Below, one piece after another: positions 38,433-47,935 of a stretch of 64,000 nucleotides of DNA (position 1 is its first letter; each line of letters begins with the position of its first letter). Both the position numbers and the translations under genes were made by a program. The notes under the pieces were generated by a model. It searched no databases. It was not told where the DNA came from and saw only the letters and a program-made list of their open reading frames with translations. This DNA comes from Acidobacteriota bacterium (GTDB taxonomy: Bacteria; Acidobacteriota; UBA6911; JACQSX01), in assembly GCA_036507075.1 (NCBI GenBank), contig DASXQR010000060.1, positions 1 through 64,000 of the forward strand. The letters run 5' to 3'.

Positions 38433-39245
38433 ATGAGGAAATTCTTCCAGGGCCTGATTGCTCTCGGCGGTTTTGCCCTGCTCTGGTATCTAGAGCAGGC
38501 CCATCCTTTACGCCCTAACACGCTGCAGAAAAAGAAACGCGCGCTTACCAACAGCGGGCTGGCGATTGCCGGAGCAACTACCATCGCCGTTTGTAATTAC
38601 TTCATTGTCAGGCGCACGGTGCGAATCGCGGATCGCAAGCGCATCGGCCTGCTCAACCGCATCCCACTTCCGGGCTGGGCGAGAAGGATTGCGGCGCTGC
38701 TGTTGCTCGACTATACGCTCTATTGGTGGCACCGGATGAACCATGAAGCCGGCGACCTGTGGCGTTTCCATAACGTGCACCACACCGATCTGGACATGGA
38801 CAGCACCACGTCCATCCGTTTTCACTTCGGTGAGCTCGCGCTCTCTATTCTCTTCCGGACAATCCAGGTGGCCCTGATCGGCGCACAGGCTGTGGACCTG
38901 ATGGTATTTGATAATTTTCTTCTGGTCGCCATTCGTTTTCATCACAGCAATCTGAGGTTGGGTCGATGGGATCGCCGGATTCAGTGGCTGGTCGTTACGC
39001 CGGAGATGCACGGCATCCATCACTCGCTTGTGCTGGAGGAAACAAACAGCAACTGGTCGACCATCTTCAGCTTCTGGGACCGCATTCATGGCACACTCAA
39101 AACGGGAATTCCGCCGTCCGAGATCACCATCGGGGTTCCGGCGTACAGAGATCCGGAAGAGTTAACCCTGCCCGAATTGGTGGTGATGCCGTTTCACCCG
39201 CAGCGCCCCTGGGCGCTGCCCGACGGCTCGGCCCCCAAAAGGTAG
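38433..39245 (+). CDS. sterol desaturase / fatty acid hydroxylase family protein
   Basis: His boxes YWWHRMNH, FHNVHH, FHHSN and HGIHH, plus WDRIHGT. Confidence 0.9.
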   Translation: MRKFFQGLIALGGFALLWYLEQAHPLRPNTLQKKKRALTNSGLAIAGATTIAVCNYFIVRRTVRIADRKRIGLLNRIPLPGWARRIAALLLLDYTLYWWHRMNHEAGDLWRFHNVHHTDLDMDSTTSIRFHFGELALSILFRTIQVALIGAQAVDLMVFDNFLLVAIRFHHSNLRLGRWDRRIQWLVVTPEMHGIHHSLVLEETNSNWSTIFSFWDRIHGTLKTGIPPSEITIGVPAYRDPEELTLPELVVMPFHPQRPWALPDGSAPKR

Positions 39246-39666
39246 GCGGGTTTGCGGGTTCCGGGTTGCGGGTTGAACCGCCAAGAACGCGAAGAACGCT
39301 AAGAATTTCTTTTTCAGTCCGGCACCCCAAATGTTGCTGCACTTTACACGCAACACTTCTTCAGACCTTTCAATTGCTCGCAGTCAGACGGTTGCTCTCA
39401 TCCATGATGAGCTTAGCGTTCTTCGCGTTCTTGGCGGTTCAACCTGCCAACTCGCAACCCTTAACCCTTTCCGGAAGTGTCATGCACAAGAAGGAGAAAT
39501 TCAATTAAAGGACCATGATTTAGATGCCGATGTCGAACAAGTTGTGATGCGCCGGCGGCCGCACGTATTGACAACTCTTCCACCTCAGGATTGAATAATT
39601 GTGGATTGGTGTTAGCCAGCCTGTAACTTCGGCATCCAAAGCACTTATCTGCACAACAGGAGGAAT

Positions 39667-40668
39667 ATGGCCGAACCTGTTCTACGCCAGGAAAAAACCG
39701 ACCGCAAGCCGATCCGCAAACCCAGCGCTGGAAGGACTCCGCCTGCCCAAAAAGGCAGAACAGCAGCACAACGTCCCGTCTTGCTGCCGGCCGACATCAT
39801 TATTGCGAATGCCCCGGATCCGGTCTTTGTTTCCGATCTGGAAGGTAAGATCCTTCAGGCGAACGACGCCGTTTCTCAGTTGCTCGGGTTCCGCCAGGAT
39901 GAGGTGCTGGAACAATCTCTTTCGCAATTCATCAGCGCCCAGGAAACGCGCGAGTTGATGGCGGCGTTGGATGAAGTGGTGGAACACGGCGTGACCCGTA
40001 ACGTCATCCTCAATCCGAAAAGCGCTTCGGGCGAAAACATACCAACTGTTTTGAATGCATCCGCTCTGCGGGATGCCCAGGGAATAGTGATCGGTGTGAT
40101 TGGAATCCTGCGCGACATGCGCGAGCTTGACAAGGCCCGGGCATACGCGGAGAGCCTGATCAAGAATGCACCCGATCCGGTATTCGTCAGCGACCTTGAA
40201 GGCAAGATCCTGCAAGCCAATGACGCCGTTTCGCAGCTTCTTGGTTTTCGACAAGACGAAGTATTGGAACAGTCCCTTTCAAGATTCATCAGCGCTGAGG
40301 AAACCAGGGAGTTCACGGCGGCCTTAAGGGAAGTTGTCGAAAGGGGCGTTACACGAAACGCGCGCCTTAATCCGCGCAGCGCCAGCGGTGAAGTCATTCC
40401 CACGACGCTCAACGCCTCCGCGCTGCGGGATGGGGACGGCAAAGTTATAGGCGCAATCGGCATCCTGCGCGACATGCGCGCTTACGAACAGGTTGTGCGG
40501 GATCTTCAGGCGTCCAAGACTGAGCTTCAGGAGAAAATTCTGGACCTTGAAAAGTTCGAAGAAGTCGTTGTGGGCCGCGAGCTCAAGATGATTGCGCTGG
40601 AAAAGGAACTGGAAGTCCTGCAACAGGAAGTCGAACGGCTGCGCGGCCAGTTGGCGCGGGGAGGATAA
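39667..40668 (+). CDS. stand-alone tandem PAS domain protein with C-terminal coiled coil
   Basis: SD AGGAGG, two 119-aa PAS/PAC repeats and C-terminal VVGRELKMIALEKEL. No output domain. Confidence 0.88.
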   Translation: MAEPVLRQEKTDRKPIRKPSAGRTPPAQKGRTAAQRPVLLPADIIIANAPDPVFVSDLEGKILQANDAVSQLLGFRQDEVLEQSLSQFISAQETRELMAALDEVVEHGVTRNVILNPKSASGENIPTVLNASALRDAQGIVIGVIGILRDMRELDKARAYAESLIKNAPDPVFVSDLEGKILQANDAVSQLLGFRQDEVLEQSLSRFISAEETREFTAALREVVERGVTRNARLNPRSASGEVIPTTLNASALRDGDGKVIGAIGILRDMRAYEQVVRDLQASKTELQEKILDLEKFEEVVVGRELKMIALEKELEVLQQEVERLRGQLARGG

Positions 40669-40779
40669 AAGCAGGGAGGGGTCAGGTCTTGAAATTTGAA
40701 TTCGAGGAAAAAGAGGGACAGACCCCAATTAGGCAATTAGGGGGTAAATTTAATTGGGGTCTGTCCCCATTTTTCCGCT

Positions 40780-42417
40780 GTGGTGATGAATAGCGTTGCT
40801 ATGAGGAGAGATCAACACGACTCATCTGAACTGGCCCGGTTGCGGCAGTTCGGCAATCACCTGAGGACTCTCTCGGATATTAAATCCGTCCTGGAGCTGA
40901 TGGTCAGGGCCGTAATGGAATCGCAGCGCGCCGACATGGGGTCGGCGATGCTGTTCGATCGCGGCGGAGGCGAACCTTGGCCCGCTGTCTGGATTGGGTT
41001 CCCCGAACAGTACCTCCATACGGTCAGGCGCATCCCCACAGATATGCCCGCATGCGACAGTTCTGACGCCGATCGCGGAATGCCGGGCGCAGATCTCCGC
41101 ACTACTCCTTGCTCTACCACGCGAGACGCCGCCGCCCGGGCGGCGGGATATCGTACCATTTGCAGCGTGCCCCTTTGCATCTACCCCAACAATGCCTTGG
41201 GGATACTTGCGGTTTACTTCCGGCATCGGGAAAAGCCGTCGGAACACAAAATCAGCCTGATGGAGCTGTACGCATTGCTGGGGGCGGCCTCGATCAGGAA
41301 CCTGCAACTGGCAGCGCAGTTGGAGACGGACCGCGAGCAGTTTGAGGCTAACCAGCGGGATCTGCAAAGCAAGGTCAAGCGGGCCGAAGAACGCAGGCAC
41401 GCTTTGATCCACATCATGGGGGACATGAACGAGTTCAACAAGCGGCTCGGTAATCAGCGCAAGGCGATGTTGCACATCCTCGGTGATTATGAACGCGACC
41501 GAAGTCGCCTGGGGCGGCAGAGGGAACGACTCGACAATTCCCGGCGCGCCCTGATGCACATCCTCCAAGACTCGCACCATTCCAATCTTCGGCTGGAAAA
41601 AAGCCGTAAGGCGATGATCCACATCATGGGAGATCTTCGCGAAACCACCGCCGAAATCCAGAGGCGCGAGCATGAGCTGAGAGACAAACATGAACAATTG
41701 ATCCAGGCCGGCAAGCTGGCAACGCTGGGAGAACTGGCCACCGGCGTGGCGCACGAGTTGAATAACCCTCTCAACAATATCGGCCTTTTTTTAGGAAACG
41801 CGATTGACCTGATTGAACTGGGACGGTTTGACAAGCCTCACATTCTCAGGGAGCTGCAAAATGCCATGCAACAAGTTCGCAAGGCCGCCGAAATCATTTC
41901 TCATTTGCGTACATTCGGTCGAGTTGCCCCTACCACCCACGAGCTTGTCTTGATAAATCAGATCATCGAACGGGCGGTATCCTTAATGAGCGAGCAGTTA
42001 AGGCTGCGTCAGACTCGAATCGAGGTAGATTTGAGTCCGAAAAGTCCGACCATCATGGGAAACGCGATTCAACTGGAACAAGTCTTGATCAACCTGCTGA
42101 CCAACGCGCGCGATGCAATGGCGAAATCCGAACGCAAGGAAATCCATATTTCGACGCGAGTATGTGACGACTCAGTCGAGGTGAGTTTGAGCGACACCGG
42201 GCCGGGAATTCCCGCCGGAGCGGAGCAAAGAATATTTGACCCGTTTTTCACCACCAAGGATGTGGGAGCGGGGACCGGCCTGGGACTGTCGATCACCTAC
42301 GGGATCATCAACGACCACCAGGGAAATATCCAGGTCATCAATCGTCCCGGTGAAGGGGCCACTTTTGTGATTCAACTCCCCCGGGCAGCCGAGGAAAAAC
42401 TGGAAGCAGCGATATGA
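40780..42417 (+). CDS. GAF sensor histidine kinase with repeated coiled-coil motif
   Basis: N-terminal GAF-like region, H-box GVAHELNNPL, NLLTNARDA and GAGTGLGL. Confidence 0.9.
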   Translation: MVMNSVAMRRDQHDSSELARLRQFGNHLRTLSDIKSVLELMVRAVMESQRADMGSAMLFDRGGGEPWPAVWIGFPEQYLHTVRRIPTDMPACDSSDADRGMPGADLRTTPCSTTRDAAARAAGYRTICSVPLCIYPNNALGILAVYFRHREKPSEHKISLMELYALLGAASIRNLQLAAQLETDREQFEANQRDLQSKVKRAEERRHALIHIMGDMNEFNKRLGNQRKAMLHILGDYERDRSRLGRQRERLDNSRRALMHILQDSHHSNLRLEKSRKAMIHIMGDLRETTAEIQRREHELRDKHEQLIQAGKLATLGELATGVAHELNNPLNNIGLFLGNAIDLIELGRFDKPHILRELQNAMQQVRKAAEIISHLRTFGRVAPTTHELVLINQIIERAVSLMSEQLRLRQTRIEVDLSPKSPTIMGNAIQLEQVLINLLTNARDAMAKSERKEIHISTRVCDDSVEVSLSDTGPGIPAGAEQRIFDPFFTTKDVGAGTGLGLSITYGIINDHQGNIQVINRPGEGATFVIQLPRAAEEKLEAAI

Positions 42418-44003
42418 GTTCTGCGCAGGTTCTGATAGTCGATGACGACCCGGCATTGCTCCTTGCCCTCCCGGAAGCGATTCGCTTGAGGACCGAAGGC
42501 ATATCCGTCGAGAAAACTGATTCGGCCCTGTCAGCGCTCAGTCTCATCGAGAACAATGACTACGACGCCATCGTGACCGACATCAAGATGCCAGGGATGG
42601 ACGGACTGGCGCTGCTTTCGCGAATTCGTGAGATCCGCCCCAATACTCCTACGCTGCTCATCACGGGCCATGGCGAATACGATCTGGCCGTGGAGGCCCT
42701 TCGTGGCGGCGCCAATGATTACATTCCCAAGCCGATCGACCGCGAATATTTCGTGATTTCTCTGAAACGCGCCATTCACATGCGGCAGTTGAGCCGCAAA
42801 ATAGAAGAACAGCAGGCAGCCCTGGAACACCATGCGTCCAACCTGGAGCAGACCGTGCAGGAACGCACTCGAGAGTTGCAGGAAGCCAACAAGGCCAAGG
42901 ATGAGTTTCTGGCGATGCTGGCGCACGAGCTTCGCAATCCACTCGCCCCCATTTCCAACGCGATGGAGGTTTTGCGGCTTCGACGGGATCTTGATCCCAG
43001 CCTGCAGCGTGTGCGGGATATTGTGCAGCGGCAGGCGGCCCACATGTCTCGCCTTGTGGACGACCTGCTCGATATTTCGGGGATTACCCGCGGAAAAGTG
43101 GATCTCCGTCGCGAGATAGTCGACCTGGATACGATTGTCGGCTACGCTGTGGAAGCCGCAAACCCCTTGATTAGATCCCGCAATCATGCGTTGGAAGTTT
43201 CACGGGCGAAGACTCCTGTCTACGTGGACGCCGATCCCACGCGGCTTGAACAGGTCATCGGGAATTTGCTGAGCAACGCGGCCAAATACACCGATCCCGG
43301 TGGGGGCATCTGGCTGAATCTGGATTCCAGGGACGGCAATGCGATCATTGAGGTCAGGGACACAGGCGTGGGGATCTCCGCCGAGATGCTGCCGAAAGTC
43401 TTCGACTTGTTTACGCAGGCCAATCAGTCTTTGGCGCGGTCCCGTGGAGGTCTTGGCATTGGCCTGACATTGGTGAGGCACCTCGTGGAAATGCATGGTG
43501 GAAGCGTGGAAGTGTCGAGCGGGGGGAAGGGCCTGGGAAGCCTGTTTGTGGTAAAGCTTCCCCTGGCGCAGGCTAAAGCACAACGCCTGCATTCGAGCCT
43601 TCGGGATCAACGTGTCGATTTGCCCCAGGAACCCAGGCGCGTATTAATCATCGAGGACAACCATGACAGCCGCGAAACGCTTCGGCAGCTTCTCGAGTTA
43701 TGGGGTCACCAGGTGGAAGTCGCCGAAGACGGCGCGCGGGGACTGGAAAAACTGCTTGAGAGCAGGCCTGAAGTGGCCCTGGTCGACATCGGAATCCCCG
43801 GATTGGACGGTTATCAGGTGGCCCAACTCGTGCGCAGCAAACTTGGACGTGGAAATTTTCTAATAGCCTTGACCGGCTACGGGCAGCCCAGCGACCGGCA
43901 ACGGGCGCTGGAAGCAGGTTTTGACGCGTATCTTGTCAAGCCGGTCGATGTTCGGAAACTTTCGCTTCTCCTCAATGAAATCTCCCGGCAGCCGGCGACG
44001 TAG
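42414..44003 (+). CDS. hybrid REC-histidine kinase-REC protein
   Basis: N-terminal receiver (VDDD, TDIKMP), H-box LAHELRNPL, GGLGIGL and C-terminal receiver (IEDN, VDIGIP, KP). Confidence 0.93.
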   Translation: MSSAQVLIVDDDPALLLALPEAIRLRTEGISVEKTDSALSALSLIENNDYDAIVTDIKMPGMDGLALLSRIREIRPNTPTLLITGHGEYDLAVEALRGGANDYIPKPIDREYFVISLKRAIHMRQLSRKIEEQQAALEHHASNLEQTVQERTRELQEANKAKDEFLAMLAHELRNPLAPISNAMEVLRLRRDLDPSLQRVRDIVQRQAAHMSRLVDDLLDISGITRGKVDLRREIVDLDTIVGYAVEAANPLIRSRNHALEVSRAKTPVYVDADPTRLEQVIGNLLSNAAKYTDPGGGIWLNLDSRDGNAIIEVRDTGVGISAEMLPKVFDLFTQANQSLARSRGGLGIGLTLVRHLVEMHGGSVEVSSGGKGLGSLFVVKLPLAQAKAQRLHSSLRDQRVDLPQEPRRVLIIEDNHDSRETLRQLLELWGHQVEVAEDGARGLEKLLESRPEVALVDIGIPGLDGYQVAQLVRSKLGRGNFLIALTGYGQPSDRQRALEAGFDAYLVKPVDVRKLSLLLNEISRQPAT

Positions 44004-44174
44004 CGTGGCCTCCCGGCAAAAGCCTTGAACCGCGAAGGCGCGAAAGCCCGAACATAAGATATTACTTGGCTAGCGAGATGGGACGAAGAGCTGGAATTTA
44101 CTCGTTCCCAGTCATTTGGTAAAAACTAGAGCAACTTTTACTTTCGCGCTTTCGCGCCTTCGCGGTTCCGGCCT

Positions 44175-44585
44175 TTATTCCCTGTGGTGCTTTCTTTCTA
44201 CTGCTTTTTCCACGTGCTCCTCTTTCCGGCGCACGCGCTTCTGCAGTCGCCTGAATTCTTCTTCAAGCTTTTCGAGCTCCTCGTCTGACAGCTCTTCCAG
44301 ATCCACCAGACTGGTTCTGGCTCCCCGAACGCCGCGGATCAATTCGTCAAGCTTCAGGTGCATTGCTTTGGCGTCCCGATTCTGGGTGTTCTGGATGAGA
44401 AAAACCATCAGGAAGGTGATGATTGTCGTACCGGTGTTGATAACCAATTGCCATGTGTCCGAAAAGCGAAACATGGGACCGGTTGCTGCCCAGACGACAA
44501 TGATTGCCAGCGCCATAATGAAAGCCCACGCGTTGCCGGCTGCCACGGAAATCACAGCGGCAAATCTTCTGAATATGTCGTTCAT
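44175..44585 (-). CDS. low-affinity iron permease (Fet4-like) family small membrane protein
   Basis: FSDTWQLVINTGTTIITFLMVFLIQNTQNRD..KLDELI signature. Confidence 0.9.
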   Translation of the reverse strand: MNDIFRRFAAVISVAAGNAWAFIMALAIIVVWAATGPMFRFSDTWQLVINTGTTIITFLMVFLIQNTQNRDAKAMHLKLDELIRGVRGARTSLVDLEELSDEELEKLEEEFRRLQKRVRRKEEHVEKAVERKHHRE

Positions 44586-44883
44586 GCGCTCATTATACGC
44601 CGCGGTCGGGGGCGGATTGGCGGGTTGCGGGTTATCGGGTTGCGGGTTATTGAGTTATTGAGTTACGGGTTGCGAGTTATCGGGTTACGGGTTGCGAGTT
44701 ATCGGGTTACGGGTTGCGGGTTGATGAATCACTGGTTGCGGAAACTTAAAGATTCACGAGTTCAAGGAGAAGTTACCCAAAGTGCCAACCTCCGGGGTCC
44801 AATAGTTCTTAATTTTAATTTTTCCGATTCGTCAACTCGTAACCCGTAACCCGATAACTCGCAACCCGCTAACCGGTAGTTTT

Positions 44884-46104
44884 CTAGCGGACAAGTTCCT
44901 TGTGAAGTAGTGAAAGGAAAAGCCCGACATCAGTGACAATGCCGATGGCTTGCGCGCTTCCGCGATCGCTTAATTTGGTTACGGTGGCTGCATTGATATC
45001 GACGCAGACGGTTGTCACCCAGGAAGGAATCATGTTTCCAACGCCGATGGAATGCAGCATGGTCCCCAGCATCAAAATCATTTCCAGATTTTTCACTGAG
45101 TTTGCGTAAGCTTCCTGGGCCTCAATCAGGTCCATCATTGTTTCGGGAAGCGGTCCATCGTCCCGAATACTGCCCGCCAGCAGAAAAGGGACCGGTTTGC
45201 GAATGCATTCGTACATGATCCCTGATTTCAGGGTTCCCTGCTCTACCGCACTTGCAATTCCTCCGGCGTGATAAATGATATTGATGGCGCGCATATGATT
45301 CTGATGGCCGTCGCGCACCGGAATGCCTGTTTCAAGATTTACACCCAGCGATGTTTTAAAAAGCGCGTGTTCGATGTCATGAACCGCGAGCGCGTTTCCA
45401 CTCAGCAAAACGTCCACAAAACCGCGCCGGATCAAGTCAGAAAGATAGGAAACACCACCAGTATGTACTACCACCGGCCCGGCGACCAGGCCGATCCGGC
45501 CGCGGCGCGCCTTGATGTCCTTCATCATCTGGGCCAGTTTGGCAGTTGAGATTTCCACGCGACGTTCCGTTGACACGTCGCTGGCCATAAAGGCGAAGCC
45601 ATAACGGTCCCGGGACTTGAATTCAGGCTGCACTCGAATGCCTTCCACGCCGCATATCACGTGATTTCCCGCGCGCAGGTCGCGCAGTTTGCGACATTGT
45701 GCCCGGCCTCCCTCAACCACCACCAGCGCGTCCATTCGCTGATCCTCGACTTCACGCCAGTCTCCGGCGACCCGGACGTAAGTTCGGTGGTTCGTGGTGG
45801 AATAAAAGTCCTCCGGCGCGCAGCGGTCGCGCGCAGCCGGTCGAATGGCTGCATCCTTTTCTATAGGAACATAACAGCCAAGCGACATCAGTTCTTCCAA
45901 CAGAGAGACAAGCAATTCCTTGCTGGGCGCGCTGATACGCAGTTTGGCGATGGAGAAATCCTGGTTGGTGCGACCGATTTCGAAATTCAGAATCTCGAAC
46001 TGACCCTGCAACTCAATGACCTTGTCAAAAATCTTTGTCATCAGTTGTGAGTCAATAAGATGTCCGCGCGCCTCTACGATCTCTGAAGTCTTGTTCTGAG
46101 ACAT
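44884..46104 (-). CDS. TIGR00300 family protein (LOR/SDH-like, ornithine cyclodeaminase-type)
   Basis: GHLIDS, FYSTTNH, QRMD, GNALAVHDIE, LAGSIRDDGPLP and KLSDRGS motifs. Confidence 0.88.
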   Translation of the reverse strand: MSQNKTSEIVEARGHLIDSQLMTKIFDKVIELQGQFEILNFEIGRTNQDFSIAKLRISAPSKELLVSLLEELMSLGCYVPIEKDAAIRPAARDRCAPEDFYSTTNHRTYVRVAGDWREVEDQRMDALVVVEGGRAQCRKLRDLRAGNHVICGVEGIRVQPEFKSRDRYGFAFMASDVSTERRVEISTAKLAQMMKDIKARRGRIGLVAGPVVVHTGGVSYLSDLIRRGFVDVLLSGNALAVHDIEHALFKTSLGVNLETGIPVRDGHQNHMRAINIIYHAGGIASAVEQGTLKSGIMYECIRKPVPFLLAGSIRDDGPLPETMMDLIEAQEAYANSVKNLEMILMLGTMLHSIGVGNMIPSWVTTVCVDINAATVTKLSDRGSAQAIGIVTDVGLFLSLLHKELVR

Positions 46105-46129
46105 AAGGGTGGAGATTATAGCTCAGGGG

Positions 46130-46230
46130 GAGGAAGGGTGATGAAGGGGAAGGAAGGGTTATGAGGGGAAAGAAGGGTTATGAAGGGGAAAGAAGGGTTA
46201 TGAAGGGGAAGAAAGGGTTATGAAGGGGGC
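46130..46230 (+). repeat. ~20-bp purine-rich tandem repeat (ATGAAGGGGAAAGAAGGGTT), ~5 copies
   Basis: Directly visible, with no spacers. A related motif lies at ~47544-47575. Confidence 0.9.
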
Positions 46231-46587
46231 ATGAGGGAGGGGCGTAAGTGATCTGGTTTGTGCGGCTATATCGAGGGCTTCACCCCAGAGGCTTAGCGCG
46301 GCGAAGCCGCAACCAAAAGTCAAGGAGAGACGGCCTGAGGGCCGTCTCTCTGAGGTGTCCTGCCAAGCTGAGACGGCCCTCAGGCCGTCTCTCCGCTCCC
46401 GAATAACTTGCGCAGGCCGCGAAAATTCTCATGGTTAGTAGTACAGAGAACACGGAATCGTCCGTTGCCAGTGGTCCGTTGTCGGTGGTTCTTGCATACT
46501 GGTCGTCAGGAGTGACAACTGACAACGGGCACTGACAACGAACAATCCTGTGTCCCCTGTGTAACCTGTTGGCAACCTCTTGTTTTT

Positions 46588-46793
46588 TTGACAAGATTTC
46601 AGAAGACAAAACCGCCCACGTCGACTTTATCCGTCTACGGCGACGTACGGCGACGTGCACGTCAATGTCCACGGAACACGTCCAAGCTGCTTGAGGGATT
46701 TAGAGCTTAATCATTTTGGTCAACATCGACAGGATGCGTTCGACGAGTTGCCTTCTGGCTACCTAACCGGGGCTGTGCCTCTGCGGTGAAGTC
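46588..46793 (+). repeat. dispersed ~200-bp repeat; inverted copy at ~58996-59288
   Basis: tgacaagatttcagaagacaaaaccg..ggaacacgtccaagctgcttgagggatttagagcttaatcattttggtcaac..gacaggatgcgttcga matches the reverse complement of ~59110-59288. Confidence 0.85.
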
Positions 46794-46888
46794 CCTCCCT
46801 CTACAGGCAACGCAATAAAAAGGGCGCGAAAGCAGGAGGATGCAAAAATTGCGGTCTTCGCGCCCTTTCGCGCGTTGGCGGTTTAGAA

Positions 46889-47041
46889 TTACAAAACCGG
46901 TCTGCGGCCCGTGATTATGTTGATCAGGATCACGATGATGGCCAGCACCAACAGCAGGTGAATAAACCCGCCGATCGTGTACGACGAAACCATCCCGAGC
47001 AGCCACAAAATCAAAAGAATCACGGCTATCGTCCAAAGCAT
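46889..47041 (-). CDS. lmo0937-family (DUF5670-like) 50-aa membrane protein, absent from the ORF track
   Basis: SD AGGAGG; translation MLWTIAVILLILWLLGMVSSYTIGGFIHLLLVLAIIVILINIITGRRPVL. Confidence 0.88.
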   Translation of the reverse strand: MLWTIAVILLILWLLGMVSSYTIGGFIHLLLVLAIIVILINIITGRRPVL

Positions 47042-47054
47042 ATAAACCTCCTGT

Positions 47055-47492
47055 TTATGATTTATGAGCTCGCTTTGCGTGTGATACGGGTTCTGCCCCG
47101 TGCGGCACCATCAGGTTTGACGTCACCCGTTTTACACCGTCCACGCTGCGGGCAAGTTCAACGGCACGGTCCGCTTCCTGTTTACTCGCCACCTGCCCGT
47201 TCAGCGTGACCATACCATCTTTTGTATCGACGTTTATTTTGGTTGCCGAAACTTTGTCATCATTGGCAAACTTCAATTTGACGGCAGCGGTAATCGTCGC
47301 GTCGGCCGACATTTCTCCCGCCTTCTTTGCCAGTTCTTTGGCCTCTTCACCTACTTTTTCGGCGTTCTTCGCGATGATTTGTCCGGCATCCTTGGCGGCG
47401 CTTTTTGCCGCGCCGGCGGTATCACTATTCTTACTGCAGCCTGCTGCAACCACGAAAAGCAGAAACAAGCCGCATAGACAGAACTTTTTCAT
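47055..47492 (-). CDS. BON domain lipoprotein (OsmY-like)
   Basis: Lipobox AAGC and BON domain DATITAAVKLK..INVDTKDGMVTLNGQV..ARSVDGVKRV. Confidence 0.9.
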   Translation of the reverse strand: MKKFCLCGLFLLFVVAAGCSKNSDTAGAAKSAAKDAGQIIAKNAEKVGEEAKELAKKAGEMSADATITAAVKLKFANDDKVSATKINVDTKDGMVTLNGQVASKQEADRAVELARSVDGVKRVTSNLMVPHGAEPVSHAKRAHKS

Positions 47493-47680
47493 GGCCGAAA
47501 CCCTCCTTCATTGGGGAGGTTCTCTTTCCCTTAGTTATTCAATCATGAAGGGGAAGGAAGAGGAAGGATGAAGGGATACCAGTCACCAGCCGAACCGCGC
47601 GCGTAAGCAAGCGGACCCTCGCAGTTGGCGATTACAGTCAAGACTGGTTGGAAGTGCGACATCGAGGGTCCGCTTGCTTA

Positions 47681-47879
47681 CCCGGATTATTCACAAACTG
47701 CAGGAACTAGCCGCCGATTTACGCGGACAACGCTGGTGGTATCGGGGTCGAGGGATGGGCGTCGACGCTCGGCGAAACTAACACACTGCCGTGATGGAGC
47801 CCATCCCTCGACCCCGATACTAATCCGTGTTTTCCGAGTAGATCAGCGGCCAATTCTTTCAGTTTATGAATAATCCGGG
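47681..47879. mobile_element. MITE B (199 bp), 20-bp TIR CCCGGATTATTCA(C/T)AAACTG, CTTA target duplication
   Basis: TIRs at 47681-47700 and 47860-47879 (1 mismatch), with CTTA at 47677-47680 and 47880-47883. The CC-ends resemble IS1380-family termini (inference). Confidence 0.85.
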
Positions 47880-47935
47880 CTTACGCGCGCGGTTCGGCTG
47901 GCGCGGCTCGTGTCCCGCTTCCCGCCGAGTCGACT

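Noticed and set aside
46130..46230. Possible CRISPR array
   Set aside because: Head-to-tail ~20-bp units with no unique spacers, and no cas genes in the window.
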